DNA of 63,007 bases, the filler included, from Lenisia limosa (Eukaryota > Protista > Breviatea): assembly GCA_001655205.1 (NCBI GenBank). It is 8 parts of 8 records of this genome, joined end to end, with 100 filler letters (N's around TTAATTAATTAA, not from the genome) between each part and the next. Parts side by side here need not be neighbours in the genome. Positions count along the whole stretch, not along the records: positions 22,368 to 31,066 come from LPNZ01009930.1; positions 31,167 to 49,356 come from LPNZ01009245.1; 6 more parts are not named here. One strand, given 5' to 3'. This document shows positions 27,331 to 40,390 of the stretch, piece by piece. The notes beneath the pieces were generated by a model that worked only from the letters and a program-made list of their open reading frames with translations, made no database searches and was not told where the DNA came from. Made by a program: the position numbers and the translations under genes. How positions within the stretch are numbered: position 1 is the stretch's first letter; every line of letters begins with the position of its first letter.

Positions 27331-28498
27331 CGGGCATAACCCGCGGTATTTGGCGAGGTTTTATGCACTCCCATGGGCACGGTGGGTGGGTGGTCTAGCT
27401 AACAAGTCTGTAACAATGTTGTGCGGTTAGCGTAGTGATTAAGTCGTTTGTTACACATTTGAAGCGTATTGTGACTCCACAGGAGTCCTGCCAGTCCTGT
27501 TGGGAGAACAACATCATATTCAAAGACGGCTTCAACGATATCTTAATATTTTTTGTGCACTGCTTTCAACACTCTAAAATTTACTACTTTGTTCGATGCC
27601 TATCTTTTTACAACGATTATTATTTTCCATGTCAAAATACTCCTATCCAGAACAAAAAGCCAGCCAAGTGATACTTCAAAACAGCGCTGTATAACACATT
27701 AAATAAATAACAGGATACTGGCGGCATCTTGGCTAACCCATCATGGTTCTAAGTGTGTTATAAGAAACCAATTGAGTGGATTTCTTAGGGAAGCATCAAA
27801 AAAATATTCAAATTTCAAAGAAACGCAGTCTATATCCTTTATTAATACAGATATCAAATCGTAATAAAGACAAGATTGTGAGGCATAGATGAAATGAAGA
27901 TGATTAGGGCATTACCTATATTTTCCTCCAAAAATCATATGGGATTTCGAGAAGACCCTATGTTTGATTTTGATGACAGACAAGATCATGATCTGTCTAC
28001 AACTGCAACTAACAATCGATTTCAGGAACAGTACCGAAGTAAACATCCCATAGCTTTTGAGCTTGGTTGGAAAACTTTGAACCGATGATTTAAAGCAGGA
28101 ATGTCTCCAAGCAACCTGGCTCGAATTATGTCAACTTTCAAGTAATTTCACCAAATTAAAAAAAATCAATAATGATACTGTTTAAATATCCTTTTCAGAA
28201 ATTGAAAAAATTGAAATATACACAAAATNNNNNNNNNNNNNNNNNNNNNNNNNNNNNNNNNNNNNNNNNNNNNNNNNNNNNNNNNNNNNNNNNNNNNNNN
28301 NNNNNNNNNNNNNNNNNNNNNNNNNNNNNNNNNNNNNNNNNNNNNNNNNNNNNNNNNNNNNNNNNNNNNNNNNNNNNNNNNNGTTTGCTTCCTTTGCGTG
28401 ATTCCCAAGTAAGAGTTGATAATGGGGGTTTATTAATATTTTATTTTTATTTGTTTTATTATATAAATTGTCCTCCGTTCACCAATTCTTACAGGAAT

Positions 28499-31047
28499 TC
28501 AGCGAGCAGGAATAGGACCAGACCAGAATGGCCCAAAACAGGAAGCGAGCCACCTCATCAACAAACATGACTGGTAATTCAACTATTAAACAACATAACA
28601 TAACAAGACCCAATTTACAACGGGGGATATAACATAGTACACTCTACATAGAGGGGACAGGAGTCAGCATTGCAACCCTAAAACGTCAGTAATTAATAGT
28701 ACATGTATCGATATGTACATATCATATAGAGATGAAAATTAAATTAGGTTGTATCTGGCCGAAGCCGTCNNNNNNNNNNNNNNNNNNNNNNNNNNNNNNN
28801 NNNNNNNNNNNNNNNNNNNNNNNNNNNNNNNNNNNNNNNNNNNNNNNNNNNNNNNNNNNNNNNNNNNNCTAGTATAAAGTATACTAAACAAAATATAACC
28901 CTAAGGAATCTAAAGGAATTTAAAGAAAATATAATACAAATTAATAATAAGGATTTCCTTCCAAGATGTAATCCAAAGAAATCTATAGGAACTTAAGGAG
29001 AATATAATCAAAAGGAATTATAAAACAAAATAGAATCCTAAGGAAATATGTATAGCAACCCTAGAACGTTGGTGGTTTGCTTTTTATAAAATAATATGAA
29101 CGTTTCTCTCTCTCCCCCTCTCTCTATCCCAATACCACCCCCCCCCCACTTCCCACCTATTCATATTCAATTCCGCCTCGAGAGAAGGCGATGTCCGGGG
29201 ACTTTGTCTGTCCTCCAGGAAATACGTGTTCTGGAGGGGGGGAGGGGATGTCAAAAAACAACAACAACACAAAAACAGACCAGTAAAAATGAACAAAATA
29301 AAGTTGAATAATAATAATGTCAACTATCATATGTGAATGATATGATAGTATAGAAAGAATATTGAATACACCCCCCACCATTTTGCCTTTACCCTTGATT
29401 TGGATAGGGCCGCGAGCAGAGAAACGGAAATACCCGGGTGCTGCAGGGATGAAAAGGGGCAGTTTTATGGAAAATTAAAGAAACATGTAGCCACCCAGCT
29501 AGCCCCCCACATGTCTGCTTCTCGGCATAGCTCTTGGCATTTTCAGACACGTTGATTTTGAGAGGTTCGGATGTGGTCTCCATGCGACTCGCAACATTGA
29601 CAGAATCGCCAACCAGACAGTAGCGTGCTCTTAGATCGCCTGGGGGAGGGATGGTAAAATGGCAAAATTGATGAAACAAAAAAAGCCCAAAATAATCTCT
29701 GTTGGCTGACAACATACGAGAGTTGATAATAACANNNNNNNNNNNNNNNNNNNNNNNNNNNNNNNNNNNNNNNNNNNNNNNNNNNNNNNNNNNNNNNNNN
29801 NNNNNNNNNNNNNNNNNNNNNNNNNNNNNNNNNNCTTATCACCCTCCCTACCAATGACACTAGCAACAACTGGACCCGAATGAATGCCGATTCGCACCTC
29901 AATTCCGTCCTGGAGGAGGGGGGTAAAAGGGAAAACTTATAAACAAAAAAAGAGACTCAACTCTGTAGGGGAATAGAACACCTCCACATTTTTCGGAAGC
30001 ATGGTAATTGTTTACTGCAACCCTATGTATTGGTTTGTTTAGGTATGCTGGGGAGGCACGCAGAAAGCTGTGTGTACAGAGTTGTAAGGCAAATGATTGN
30101 NNNNNNNNNNNNNNNNNNNNNNNNNNNNNNNNNNNNNNNNNNNNNNNNNNNNNNNNNNNNNNNNNNNNNNNNNNNNNNNNNNNNNNNNNNNNNNNNNNNN
30201 NNNNNNNNNNNNNNNNNNNNNNNNNNNNNNNNNNNNNNNNNNNNNNNNNNNNNNNNNNNNNNNNNNNNNNNNNNNNNNNNNNNNNNNNNNNNNNNNNNNN
30301 NNNNNNNNNNNNNNTCTGGATTTTTAATACAGTATAATATTATATCTTGTCCAAGAAAACCCACGTTTTTCCTTTGGTCGGTGTGGATGGTGAAGCTTTG
30401 TGTTTCTTCCACCATATCCAGGGCCATTTCAAAGATAGACGAAGCGTGGTTGAGGCTGGGAGGCACACGGCCATCTCTGCAGAGGTTACAATGAAAATTG
30501 AGTATTATGTAAAAATAGAGTAATATTGATAATTTTATAAATATTATGGGGGGGGGGGGCGAATTACAATGATAAATACGGGGAACTTCCCAAAACTTCA
30601 AACCCTACTGCGCATCGACTTGCGATTTCCTGTTATTATTTGGGAATCCCATAAATTTCTTCGAATTTCCATAAAATTACATGGGATTCCCATTAAAATA
30701 CTGGAATTCCAACGTTTTCACAAGACTCCCAAGTCGATGCGCCGTAGTAAAATAAGCCTTTCAAAACCCATCAAAATATCTTTCCAAAAACCTTACAGCC
30801 TTATTAAAAAATAACACTATAAAATCCTTCAGAAACCTACTCAAGAATGTCGTGCTCGGAGTACTCAATGCCACCCACGGCCATATAGGCATCTGAAATA
30901 CGTCAGTTCAGTTCAGTTCATTTTCAGTTCAATTTCTTCAACGCTGGTACACTATAATCAATATCCCTTAAAACTGCTATATCAATATCTTGATAAAGTA
31001 CTCCCCAGCCCACCCCCGATAGTTTCGACCTTAAAGGTGCCCCGTCT
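28499..31047 (-). CDS. Class III nucleotide cyclase, guanylyl-type, C-terminal catalytic part
   Basis: Spliced: FKVETIG|[40 protein letters not shown]|[32 protein letters not shown]|NTYFL. The 5' part is lost at a linker. Confidence 0.9.
29640..29730 (-). repeat. Intron-3'-end repeat family C, copy in cyclase intron 29640-29851
   Basis: TGTTGTCAGCCAACAGAGATTATTTTGGGCTTTTTTTGTTTCATCAATTTTGCCATTTTACCATCCCTCCCCCAG|GCGATCTA. Confidence 0.85.
29910..29970 (-). repeat. Intron-3'-end repeat family C, copy in cyclase intron
   Basis: ACAGAGTTGAGTCTCTTTTTTTGTTTATAAGTTTTCCCTTTTACCCCCCTCCTCCAG|GACGGAATT. Confidence 0.75.
30043..30099 (+). repeat. Repeat family B, inverted partial copy
   Basis: GTATGCTGGGGAGGCACGCAGAAAGCTGTGTGTACAGAGTTGTAAGGCAAATGATTG, then a gap. 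Confidence 0.8.
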
Positions 31048-31189
31048 CCTCGTAATTTCATCGTAANNNNNNNNNNNNNNNNNNNNNNNNNNNNNNNNNN
31101 NNNNNNNNNNTTAATTAATTAANNNNNNNNNNNNNNNNNNNNNNNNNNNNNNNNNNNNNNNNNNNNTATTTTGGCAAAAGTAGCAATTC

Positions 31190-34100
31190 TCAACAACAGA
31201 TAGAGCCTACCTTTCTGGGAGTCTGAGCGGAGCTTGAGCCGTCACCATGACTCTGGGATATTACAATCGGGGTGGATAATCCATAATATACAATCCAAGA
31301 AATTGCAAAATAATAATTGCACACAGTCGGAGTGCAAACTACAGCATTCAGAATAAATGATATGAAGGATCTATCGACACTCAGTTTTAGAAATCCCTGG
31401 TTCAATCAAGAGTGTATCCACATCAAACCCAATAGCAAAATGAGCAAATTAAGTACTCATGAACATCAGTCACCCCACCCCCACCACGAAACTCATGGAC
31501 TTGATAAGCATCTCAGCGAAGAACCAGAACTGAGACACAACGTTGTTGATACTCGGGTCGGACTTAGAGGACGTCACCTCCACCAGGTGCTTGGCGAGAA
31601 TCTCGTGGAACGGCTCGCGGGCTGTCGAGTGAGGGGAGAGGGGGAATAATGAAACAAAAAGCCCAAATCAACTCTATTGGCTAACAACACACAAGGATTG
31701 ACTGGTAAAAATGGGGAAATGATGAAACAAACAAAAAAAAACACAAAGTTTGAAAATAACAAAAAACAACCCAGGTAAGTCGCTTCTGTAGCACCGCATT
31801 TGATTTTCAGGAGACATGTGCAAATACAAAAAAAAACACAAAAAGAACTCATGGATTTGGAAAGAAGTGTATGAAAATAATGTTACACAATGGTGGCTCA
31901 CTTGAAGATGGGGGAGTGAAAACTCTCTTGAGGAAAGTGTAGAGGAAGTGGTTGCGCGTTTGGCCGTCAGAAACAGCAGAAACAATCCTGCAGAAAGTTA
32001 ACACTGTTGGTATGAAACAATCCTTTAGTGAACAATGTTGGTATGACATATGAGACGTACACGAGGAGGTAAGCAACTCCCTTCCTCAGCCTTAGCCTAC
32101 TTGTTGACGGTGTTGGCGAGGGACCTGAAAGCAGGAAGTGAAACCTCTTCGAGATCCACCATTTCCTTGCAGAGGTAGGGCAGGACCACGTGCATGTGTT
32201 GCGTCAGCGCCACTGGCGAAGCTGAGGTACCAACGTTGTTCAGGGCCTGGGATATGGGAATAAGGAATATGATATGAGATGATGAGTATCAACAAATTAG
32301 CCACCACCCTCCTTTTGAGACATCGATTAGCCACCACCCTCCTTTTGAAACATCGAATAGTATGGATGGTTCTATGATTGTAGGAGCTCATCTTCATGCT
32401 TTTGTGGCATGCTGGTAACGGTTGTAGACACACCATCACACATAAAGGATCTCAGTACCTCCCCACATTGGTGATTTTCTTTACATCTCTGCCCGAGTCT
32501 TCGGTCGTCATTTCAGAGAGGACGGTGATGCAGTGGTCAGTGGGGTACACCGAGGACATGAGACGCGACGNNNNNNNNNNNNNNNNNNNNNNNNNNNNNN
32601 NNNNNNNNNNNNNNNNNNNNNNNNNNNNNNNNNNNNNNNNNNNNNNNNNNNNNNNNNNNNNNNNNNNNNNNNNNNNNNNNNNNNNNNNNGGATGTGTGTG
32701 TGGGTATGTAGTTTCCTATTTGGCGTAACAAGTCCCCCATGCATAGCAGTTTATCTGAGTCCCCCATGCATACCAGCTTATCTGCATCAATGAATTTGAC
32801 ATCGTTGTTGACGAGATAGTACTCGGGTAGTTCGGAAGCCACATTGAGGTTCATGCTAAACAGGGATGATGGTTTTTATAATAAAAAAACAAATAAAAAA
32901 GATCAAGATTTTGATGAAATAGATTATTGAGGTGAAAAATAATAGGATATCTGGCAGAAGCCGTTCACACTATGATAAGATATATTGGAAAATAATATAA
33001 TAATAGTTTCACCCAGCCATTTGCCTTTCAACTCAGTGTACACAACTTTCTGCGTGCCTCCTCAGAATACCCAATCATACCAGTGATAAAGAAGAGGTCA
33101 ACAGTACCCACTACCCACTGTAAATCGCCGGTGATGCGGTCGCCCTTGTACACGGGAAGGAACGCGTAGCCAATCAGTGCCTCTGCTTTCTGGGAGAGTT
33201 AGCAACAAATGACACACAGTAACGTCTACTGTGAGAACACGATATTTTCATTTTCCCAATCATNNNNNNNNNNNNNNNNNNNNNNNNNNNNNNNNNNNNN
33301 NNNNNNNNNNNNNNNNNNNNNNNNNNNNNNNNNNNNNNNNNNNNNNNNNNNNNNNNNNNNNNNNNNNNNNNNNNNNNNNNNNNNNNNNNNNNNNNNNNNN
33401 NNNNNNNNNNNNNNNNNNNNNNNNNNNNNNNNNNNNNNNNNNNNNNNNNNNNNNNNNNNNNNNNNNNNNNNNNNNNNNNNNNNNNNGCAGGGAGAACTAT
33501 TTTGATTTCGTCACCAAACTGCAGTTGTAAGGAAATTGACTCATTTCGAAAACAATGCCCAAAAAGACTGAAAACTTGGTTCACATAATAAGCACGCAGG
33601 AAATAATAAGGCTAGCCAAGAATCATAAAAAGAGGAAGATGGAGATGTGAGAAATATCCCATTTCACGCACCATAGGGTTTCTGTTGTGATATGTGACAG
33701 TGGAGGTGACCGAAGTGACCAGGCTTTCGGTAGTGGAGTTTCCGTAGATAACCTGTTGGATGAGTTACAGTGTCAAAAGGTACAAACGCTATGACTCCGG
33801 GGAAATATCGAGAATTTGGAAGGATCTATTTGCACAAGAGGAACATAAGCAGCTATTTACAAACCTGGAGTGGCGGGGTGTCGACGTTGGAATCGTCATC
33901 CTTGAACTCGACCTTATACGCAATGTTACGCAACTAAACTGTCAGCCAACTGCTTAACAATCCAAAAATATCAACTCCATTAACATCTAAGAAAAACTTC
34001 CAACGTCCGAATGGATCACTACAGACAAACATAGCAATATGACCTTCAGGCGAATATAAACCGTACCTTCTTGTTCTTGCTGAGATTGATGCTCTCAGGG

Positions 34101-37100
34101 TAAAGGAAGAGATGGTTGATGTAGCTGAGAAGTTAACAATCAAAGCGAAGCTTCGGAGATCTTGATGATTCTTAAGTTATTCATTCAAATTCAACAACTT
34201 CATTGATGATACTCCACATCACAAAGAAACTGACCGAGTGAAGGGGTGAATAACAGGATTGGCAGGAAGGGGCTGAATTTCGCGAACAAGAGACCTATCA
34301 AATGATTGTGACTCTCCGCGGGCCAAGCTTGCTGCTCCTGTTGGGGTATATTATCGGGTAATGTGGTCAGCGCTGTGGTACTATGGATATAATAAATAAT
34401 ATTATGTATTTTGTACAGAACCATAAAAAAAAGTACATGTTTCCATCTGTACATCATATATGTAGGTTATTCTAACAAATGTGGCTCATACTGGCCGTGC
34501 TAGTCCCCTGTTCTCTAATACAAGTCCCCTGTTCTCTAATACAAGTCCCCTGTTCTCTAATACAAGTCCCCTGTTCTCTAATACAAGTCCCCTGTTCTCG
34601 ACCTGCATCCATCCTAGCAACTTTGCCTGGTTACACTTGGGCCCTCTCCTCTCATACCAGTCTCCTCGGATGCCTCATCCTCCTCCTGACGCACTTCAAT
34701 GAGAGAGGGGTCCAGAAGTTTCTGAAGACAGTGAAATGGTGCCGATGTTGCCAGAATTGCAGCAATAAATGAAAAAAGTAGAGTGGGGGAAAAGAAAAAA
34801 AAAAATGCTTCCACATAAGTCTGGCCATGAGAAGTACCCCACCGGAACAAACGCAGGAGACGTATCGAGATTCACAGTGACACTGACTGAACCTTGGAGT
34901 TGGGTGTGGTTCTTCTTACCCCCAGGTGTCTAAGGAATAAATACAAATTGAAATATAGTAAAGTTCCCCACACAAACGCAACATAACATGACCCCCCCCC
35001 CCNNNNNNNNNNNNNNNNNNNNNNNNNNNNNNNNNNNNNNNNNNNNNNNNNNNNNNNNNNNNNNNNNNNNNNNNNNNNNNNNNNNNNNNNNNNNNNNNNN
35101 NNNNNNNNNNNNNNNNNNNATCCGCCTTGAGTCGGAAGAGACATTTGAATTCCTCAGGGCCGCACAACGCAATCTTGGCGTGCTCGTCGAAGAGAGGAAG
35201 AGCCGACCATCCGAGGGGCATGCGATACGCCGACATGCGCGAACACGCCTCAATGGCGGCGTCCTGGGCCTTTTTCATGTCTTTTTCCTTCAGCTGAGGG
35301 GTGTGAGGGAAGGTCCCGTTTCTCCCACGTTCCAAATATATAAAACTATTATAGTATGTACTATATCTAATTTCTCGAGAGCTGAGCATGACCTGATTTG
35401 AGTCACTCTCCCACCTCCTTGACGTAGGGCTCGAGCGCGTTATCCGGGTTACCCGTCATCACTTTGTCCAGACGGAGAACAATGAAAACATCGCGTGAGT
35501 TCATTGCAACCCTGTGGCAGTCATGTTTAGAACTTACAGAATAAGTGCTTTGGAAGCACAAAGGCTCTAACAGACCGAGGGTCAGTTCCATGAAAAGAAA
35601 AAGCAAGTAACCTGCCGACAAAACAAATGCAACATGTATGACAATGTGGATATCCCAAAGACATGATAGAATATTAAAAAGTATATAGTCCTCTCATCCC
35701 AATCTTGAATAGGAAAGTAGCACCCCCCCCCCCCCCNNNNNNNNNNNNNNNNNNNNNNNNNNNNNNNNNNNNNNNNNNNNNNNNNNNNNNNNNNNNNNNN
35801 NNNNNNNNNNNNNNNNNNNNNNNNNNNNTTACTGACCATTTTGGCTGCTTTCTCTTCATTCAGATCAAAGCGGAACTCTTCACTGATCTACAAGGGTGAT
35901 CCAACAAAGCCCACTGCACTTGGTAAAAATCCAAATGTTTGTCGATATGGCCAATGCGTTGGAAATAAGCTCACAAAAAGGGTCCAATATAAGAATGTAT
36001 AATTTGTGAACTCGTTCTATATATTCACATGAAAAGCCTTACTATTTAAAATGAGACTTTTGCTAAGTGACTGAATAGAACTGTGGAAATTGCTGTTAAC
36101 ACCCACCCTCTTCTTCTTGGTAATGTCGACAAGGAACAACCTGCCGAAAATTGGCTCGTAGGTAGGTGCTGAGAGGTCGATGCTGTCCACATTGACAACA
36201 AATTTGGTCAGTTCAGGCTCTCTGGGGGGTAAAAGGAAATGTTGAAAAGATGACTGTCATGTTTTATTGCTACAACAGAAGCTGACATAATACACTGTCA
36301 AAAGAAAAAAGTGCATAGCTGTGGACGCTCGATTTATTTCATGATTTTGGTCAATATTTACTATCACGCAGCAATGTCAACACACTGGAAGGGCTTGGCA
36401 GTGGGACGTGCGTGTGTGTCAGAAATCCATTCTCCGTAGGGGTCGTAGAAGAGGTCCATGAGGGCGGTTTGTTCTTCATCCTGCAGATGTAAGGGGGGGG
36501 GGGTCATCCTGCAGANNNNNNNNNNNNNNNNNNNNNNNNNNNNNNNNNNNNNNNNNNNNNNNNNNNNNNNNNNNNNNGTACGATTACGCTTCACAAATAC
36601 ATCCACTACTGTTCGATACGCTGCCCAAGTTGCTGCTGAATTCAAAAAGAAATCAACCGTGTTTGAAAACTACTCTTTCGAACGTGTACGCATGAAAATT
36701 AAAGGCTACAGAAATGGACCAACCCACCAGTTTCTTGCGCGAATCCTCCTTCTGGGCCTCCGTAAGGCCGTAGAGCATGTCAGAGTGGAGGGTGTCATGC
36801 TCGGCAGCCACCACGGCCAGACCATTGCCATCTACTTGCTCCTCTTGGAGGAGTAAAATTGTGAATTTTTATGAGGGAAACAAAACCCAAAATCAACTCT
36901 GTTGGCATAACATTTGGGAAATACATGAGATTGAAAACAACAAACAAGACCGACCATAAAAGAAGAACAATCAGAGTAATCTAATTTCCCCTACATTTAG
37001 GAGATAAAACTAAAGCACGAAAAAACACTTAAAAAAAAAAACTCCAAATACATGACGCAAACCGGGATCATCAGCCTTGAACATGCTTTGAAGGCTTCCT

Positions 37101-37900
37101 GCTGTCTGTTTGCTCTCTGGAAGAAATAAAGGGAACTGACTTGACTTATGGAAATGATAATTGCCCTTATCCCTACCATTCTTTGGGTTATCTGCTTCCT
37201 CGCGCGCATCAACTTCGTTTCTCAGATGAACAAGGTTCTTCTCTTCGTACTTGCCAAGAGGCTTGATCTCACTCAGACTGCTGTAACACTGGTCAACTTC
37301 ATGAGTCGGTTCATCACAAGCTTTGATGCTGTCCTCTGCGAAAGGAGGCAAGGCACGATATTTTGAAGTTCCCTGAAGGCAAATGAGCGGAGAAGGCAAG
37401 CAGATGAGATACCTCAGGAACACTGGACTTCACAGTGCGGTACTCTCTTGGGGTTGATTTTACCACAATTGCATCTTTAGGTACTTCTACAAGCTCTTTT
37501 TCCTAAAATACCACAGATGAGTACAAATTAATATTCAAATACAAGCCGGTCCTGATATAATCGTGTCATTTCCCGGCAATAAATCAAAGAATATTAATCA
37601 TACCGTGATAGTGTTCAAAGAAAGCTTCTCCAACTGCTCCTCAAAAGATGGGACAAGCTCCAGGGCTGCCTTGAGGTTTTCCGCCTCTTCTTCTTGAAGT
37701 TGTTCAAGTTCTTGTTTCTATTGCAGTCATAAAATTTCGGGGAACAAGCCTAGTGCCAAATACCCACCCTTTTGTCTTCTTCTAAGATGCGCTTTGCTTC
37801 AATTGCTGCATTTTCACGAGTGCGGAGCATTTCTTCCTCCTGGTAATTTAGTGAATCCTCTCTTTTCATCAAACAAACAAACCTGTTTAGAAGGCGCCAT
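31190..37900 (-). CDS. DOCK-C/D (zizimin-type) Rho-family GEF, N-terminal half including DHR-1/C2, truncated at linker
   Basis: Spliced: ELVEVPKD..PREYRTVKSSVPE, YEPIFGRLFLVDITKKKR|ISEEFRFDLN, DVFIVLRLDKV..LEPYVKE, RMSAYRMPLGWSALPLF, YINHLFLYPESINLS, VTYHNRNP, FGDEIKIVLP, IGYAFLPVY, FWFFAEMLIKSM. No PH domain seen, which favours DOCK6/7/8-like. Confidence 0.9.
31622..31700 (-). repeat. Intron-3'-end repeat family C, copy in DOCK intron
   Basis: TGTGTGTTGTTAGCCAATAGAGTTGATTTGGGCTTTTTGTTTCATTATTCCCCCTCTCCCCTCACTCGACAG|CCCGCGAG. Confidence 0.8.
32935..33070 (-). repeat. Repeat family B, copy in DOCK intron
   Basis: TATCTGGCAGAAGCCGTTCACAC..CACCCAGCCATTTGCCTTTCAACTCAGTGTACACAACTTTCTGCGTGCCTCCTCAGAATAC. 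Confidence 0.8.
34502..34599. repeat. 21-bp minisatellite (AGTCCCCTGTTCTCTAATACA) x ~4.7 in DOCK intron
   Basis: Directly visible perfect tandem units. Confidence 0.9.
36844..36925 (-). repeat. Intron-3'-end repeat family C, copy in DOCK intron 36844-37176
   Basis: CCCAAATGTTATGCCAACAGAGTTGATTTTGGGTTTTGTTTCCCTCATAAAAATTCACAATTTTACTCCTCCAAG|AGGAGCAA. Confidence 0.8.
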
Positions 37901-38109
37901 ATTGGCTTCTTTTGGCTAGTATAATATACACCACAAGGATAAATAGATAATCGTGATTATGAAAAAATTGAAAAAATTACATATGACAACTCTGGGGGTT
38001 TACACTCTCCAGCTATTCCATAAGATAGATTTTTTTGTTTCAAAGGTCTCTTTTCATATATATAGTCAGTATGGTGTACGAAGTTTATAGTATAGACTAC
38101 ATATCCCAA

Positions 38110-39190
38110 ATGACAGTTTGGGAGTATCTGTATCCACTGGGCAACTTATCTCCGACACACCTTGACGTTATTGGCTATGGAGCCTTCTGTTTTGGATTAA
38201 TTTTCGCTCTGTCATATCTATTCTTCTCCAAATTCCAGTTTTACCAAAAACTGAGTGCAAATGACCAGATGGACTGGTGCTCACGGTAGTCAGGGATGTT
38301 CTAGGCCTTAATATTTGCTCATTGCAGTTGGAATATTTTTGGAGGCGAGGTTATTTTTGAAAACGCCGCTTCTGACACGCATAGAATTTGCTCAACGGTC
38401 CACTGCATTGTTGTTGTTCCGCTGATTGTCAACCTTCTTCTGCAAGATGACTACAACCCCCATCCCCTCTTCGACCAGGACATTCGCTCCGAAGTCATCA
38501 TGTGCATTTCAATTTCGTAGGCGGTACAATGTCAATGCTGATCCCTCTAGATACTTCTTGATAGACTTGCTTGTAATCCTTTGCTTCCGCATTGAACCGG
38601 TAGCTCTTATCGGCGTCCATCATATCATGTCTGGCCATGGCTTCATTTTGATTACCGTGAGAGAGGGGGGGGGGGGTTACAGCNNNNNNNNNNNNNNNNN
38701 NNNNNNNNNNNNNNNNNNNNNNNNNNNNNNNNNNNNNNNNNNNNNNNNNNNNNNNNNNNNNNNNNNNNNNNNNNNNNNNNNACTATTGAAATTTCAGCTA
38801 CATATGCTTCTAGCTTTTCAACTACCACCAAGCGATCACGGATTACCAAAGTTTTACAAGATAATTGCCTCCATTTTGACAGACGAATGCTGGCACGAAG
38901 GAGTATCTAATATGCAAAGAGCTTAACATGACACCCTTGTAAAAATAAAAAAGTCCTTGCTTTCACCAGCAGAAATAATACATTTGGTCCGTTTTGAGGT
39001 TTAGTCCACGTTATAAGCATCAACCACGTGGCGTCTTCAATGACTGAAAAATACAATTCATATCTACACAGAAACTATCCCCGTTTTATACTTACACTGT
39101 AGTCATACGGACAGCTCCAACAGTTCGCCGTCACTTTCCTTATTAGCGAGGCAACTGGTATGTTCGGTGATATCAAGGATCTTCTATATC
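38110..39190 (+). CDS. TLC (TRAM/LAG1/CLN8) domain membrane protein, 5' exons
   Basis: N-terminal TM segment VIGYGAFCFGLIFALSYLFF, then YFLIDLLVIL..ALIGVHHIMSG (D...HH motif) and FAVTFLISEATGMF (conserved E). 3' exons unresolved. Confidence 0.55.
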
Positions 39191-40039
39191 CGTGGAGGGG
39201 GGGTGAGCGATGACTTAAAACTATGGCTCTTTGAAATTATTATTTTTTACACTGTCACCACCATCACACATTTTAGACACATTCACTGTAAATGAGAATG
39301 AAATCATATAATTACGAAGTTTTGTCTGTGGATTTAACTCAACTTCATAATGGCCACACAAACTCAAACAATTGTGTTGTCTTTTTTTTGTATTTCTCCT
39401 GTACATCATCTAGTATATTGTATTTGATCAACTTAACCCAGTAAGAGTATTAAAGCCGGAGTCCACTTAAATACTGTATATAAAATAATACAATTATTAT
39501 TCTGAAGTGGACAAATGTATAATTTTAAGTTTAATCGTTTAATCGTTTCCGTGAGATTATTAGCTGAATTCCTTTATCGGGCACAATAATGTCTCTGTTT
39601 TACACCACTTTGTGAAATCATCTAAATGAATGGAATTTAGCAGTTTCTCTGGATGATTTTATGAAAACTATCTTGTTATATTATGCTAATACTCAGAAAA
39701 CGACAAAATATTAATGTTTTCCAATTCTCTTGGAGTTGACTCAGAAAAGTGCATATTTTATTCATGGAAAAGCGGGCTCAGATAAATGCCAAAGAGGCCC
39801 AAAGATATACTCCCAGCAACCTCAAAATAAGAGTATAGTTGAAGAGGCAAACCCAAGACAATGACATTGACTGATTCTGGTGTAATAAACGTCAACTCTC
39901 CGGATTGATATGAAAAGTTAAGAAAATGATATTTCTTTCCCCTAGATAGCAACGAGATTTCAAAAAAAATTGTTTTCGTAATTTAAGTGGACTCCCGCTT
40001 TAAGTTTAATATTTTTGTATTGGGAAACCAACCTTGTTG

Positions 40040-40390
40040 GATGCGGCAAACGAACGTATTATTTCTTCTGCTACGTCTATGACACCCCAGGCCCTCTTAC
40101 CAACTTGACATGGATGCTCAAAACGGCTGGTATGGAGTATTCCTTCATCAACCTAATCGCAAACTGGGTGTTTGTCGTGCTTTGGTACGGGGAATCTATC
40201 CAATTTTTGGTTTGGTGTATTCGATAATTATCTTGTTCCATTTCCTCTCTGGTAACTTTGGGTTTTATTATTATTCCATAGCCGTTTTACACTCCCAGGT
40301 TCTTCACACGAACGCTGCTTATGATTCCGGTCACACAACTGGCAATGAACGCGTGGCCTTATCTGGATGGCTCACACTTCCTTGCAAGAT
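40040..40390 (+). CDS. Second TLC-like segment (possible paralog fragment)
   Basis: YDTPGPLTNLTWMLKTAGMEYSFINLIANWVFVVLW|FFTRTLLMIP resembles the TLC E.STPF.N..W.L...G...N...FF..R stretch. Confidence 0.4.

Noticed and set aside
32296-32355. 30-bp tandem duplication that looked like another duplicated donor
   Set aside because: DOCK splices in frame across it (KKITN|ALNNVG), so it is purely intronic.
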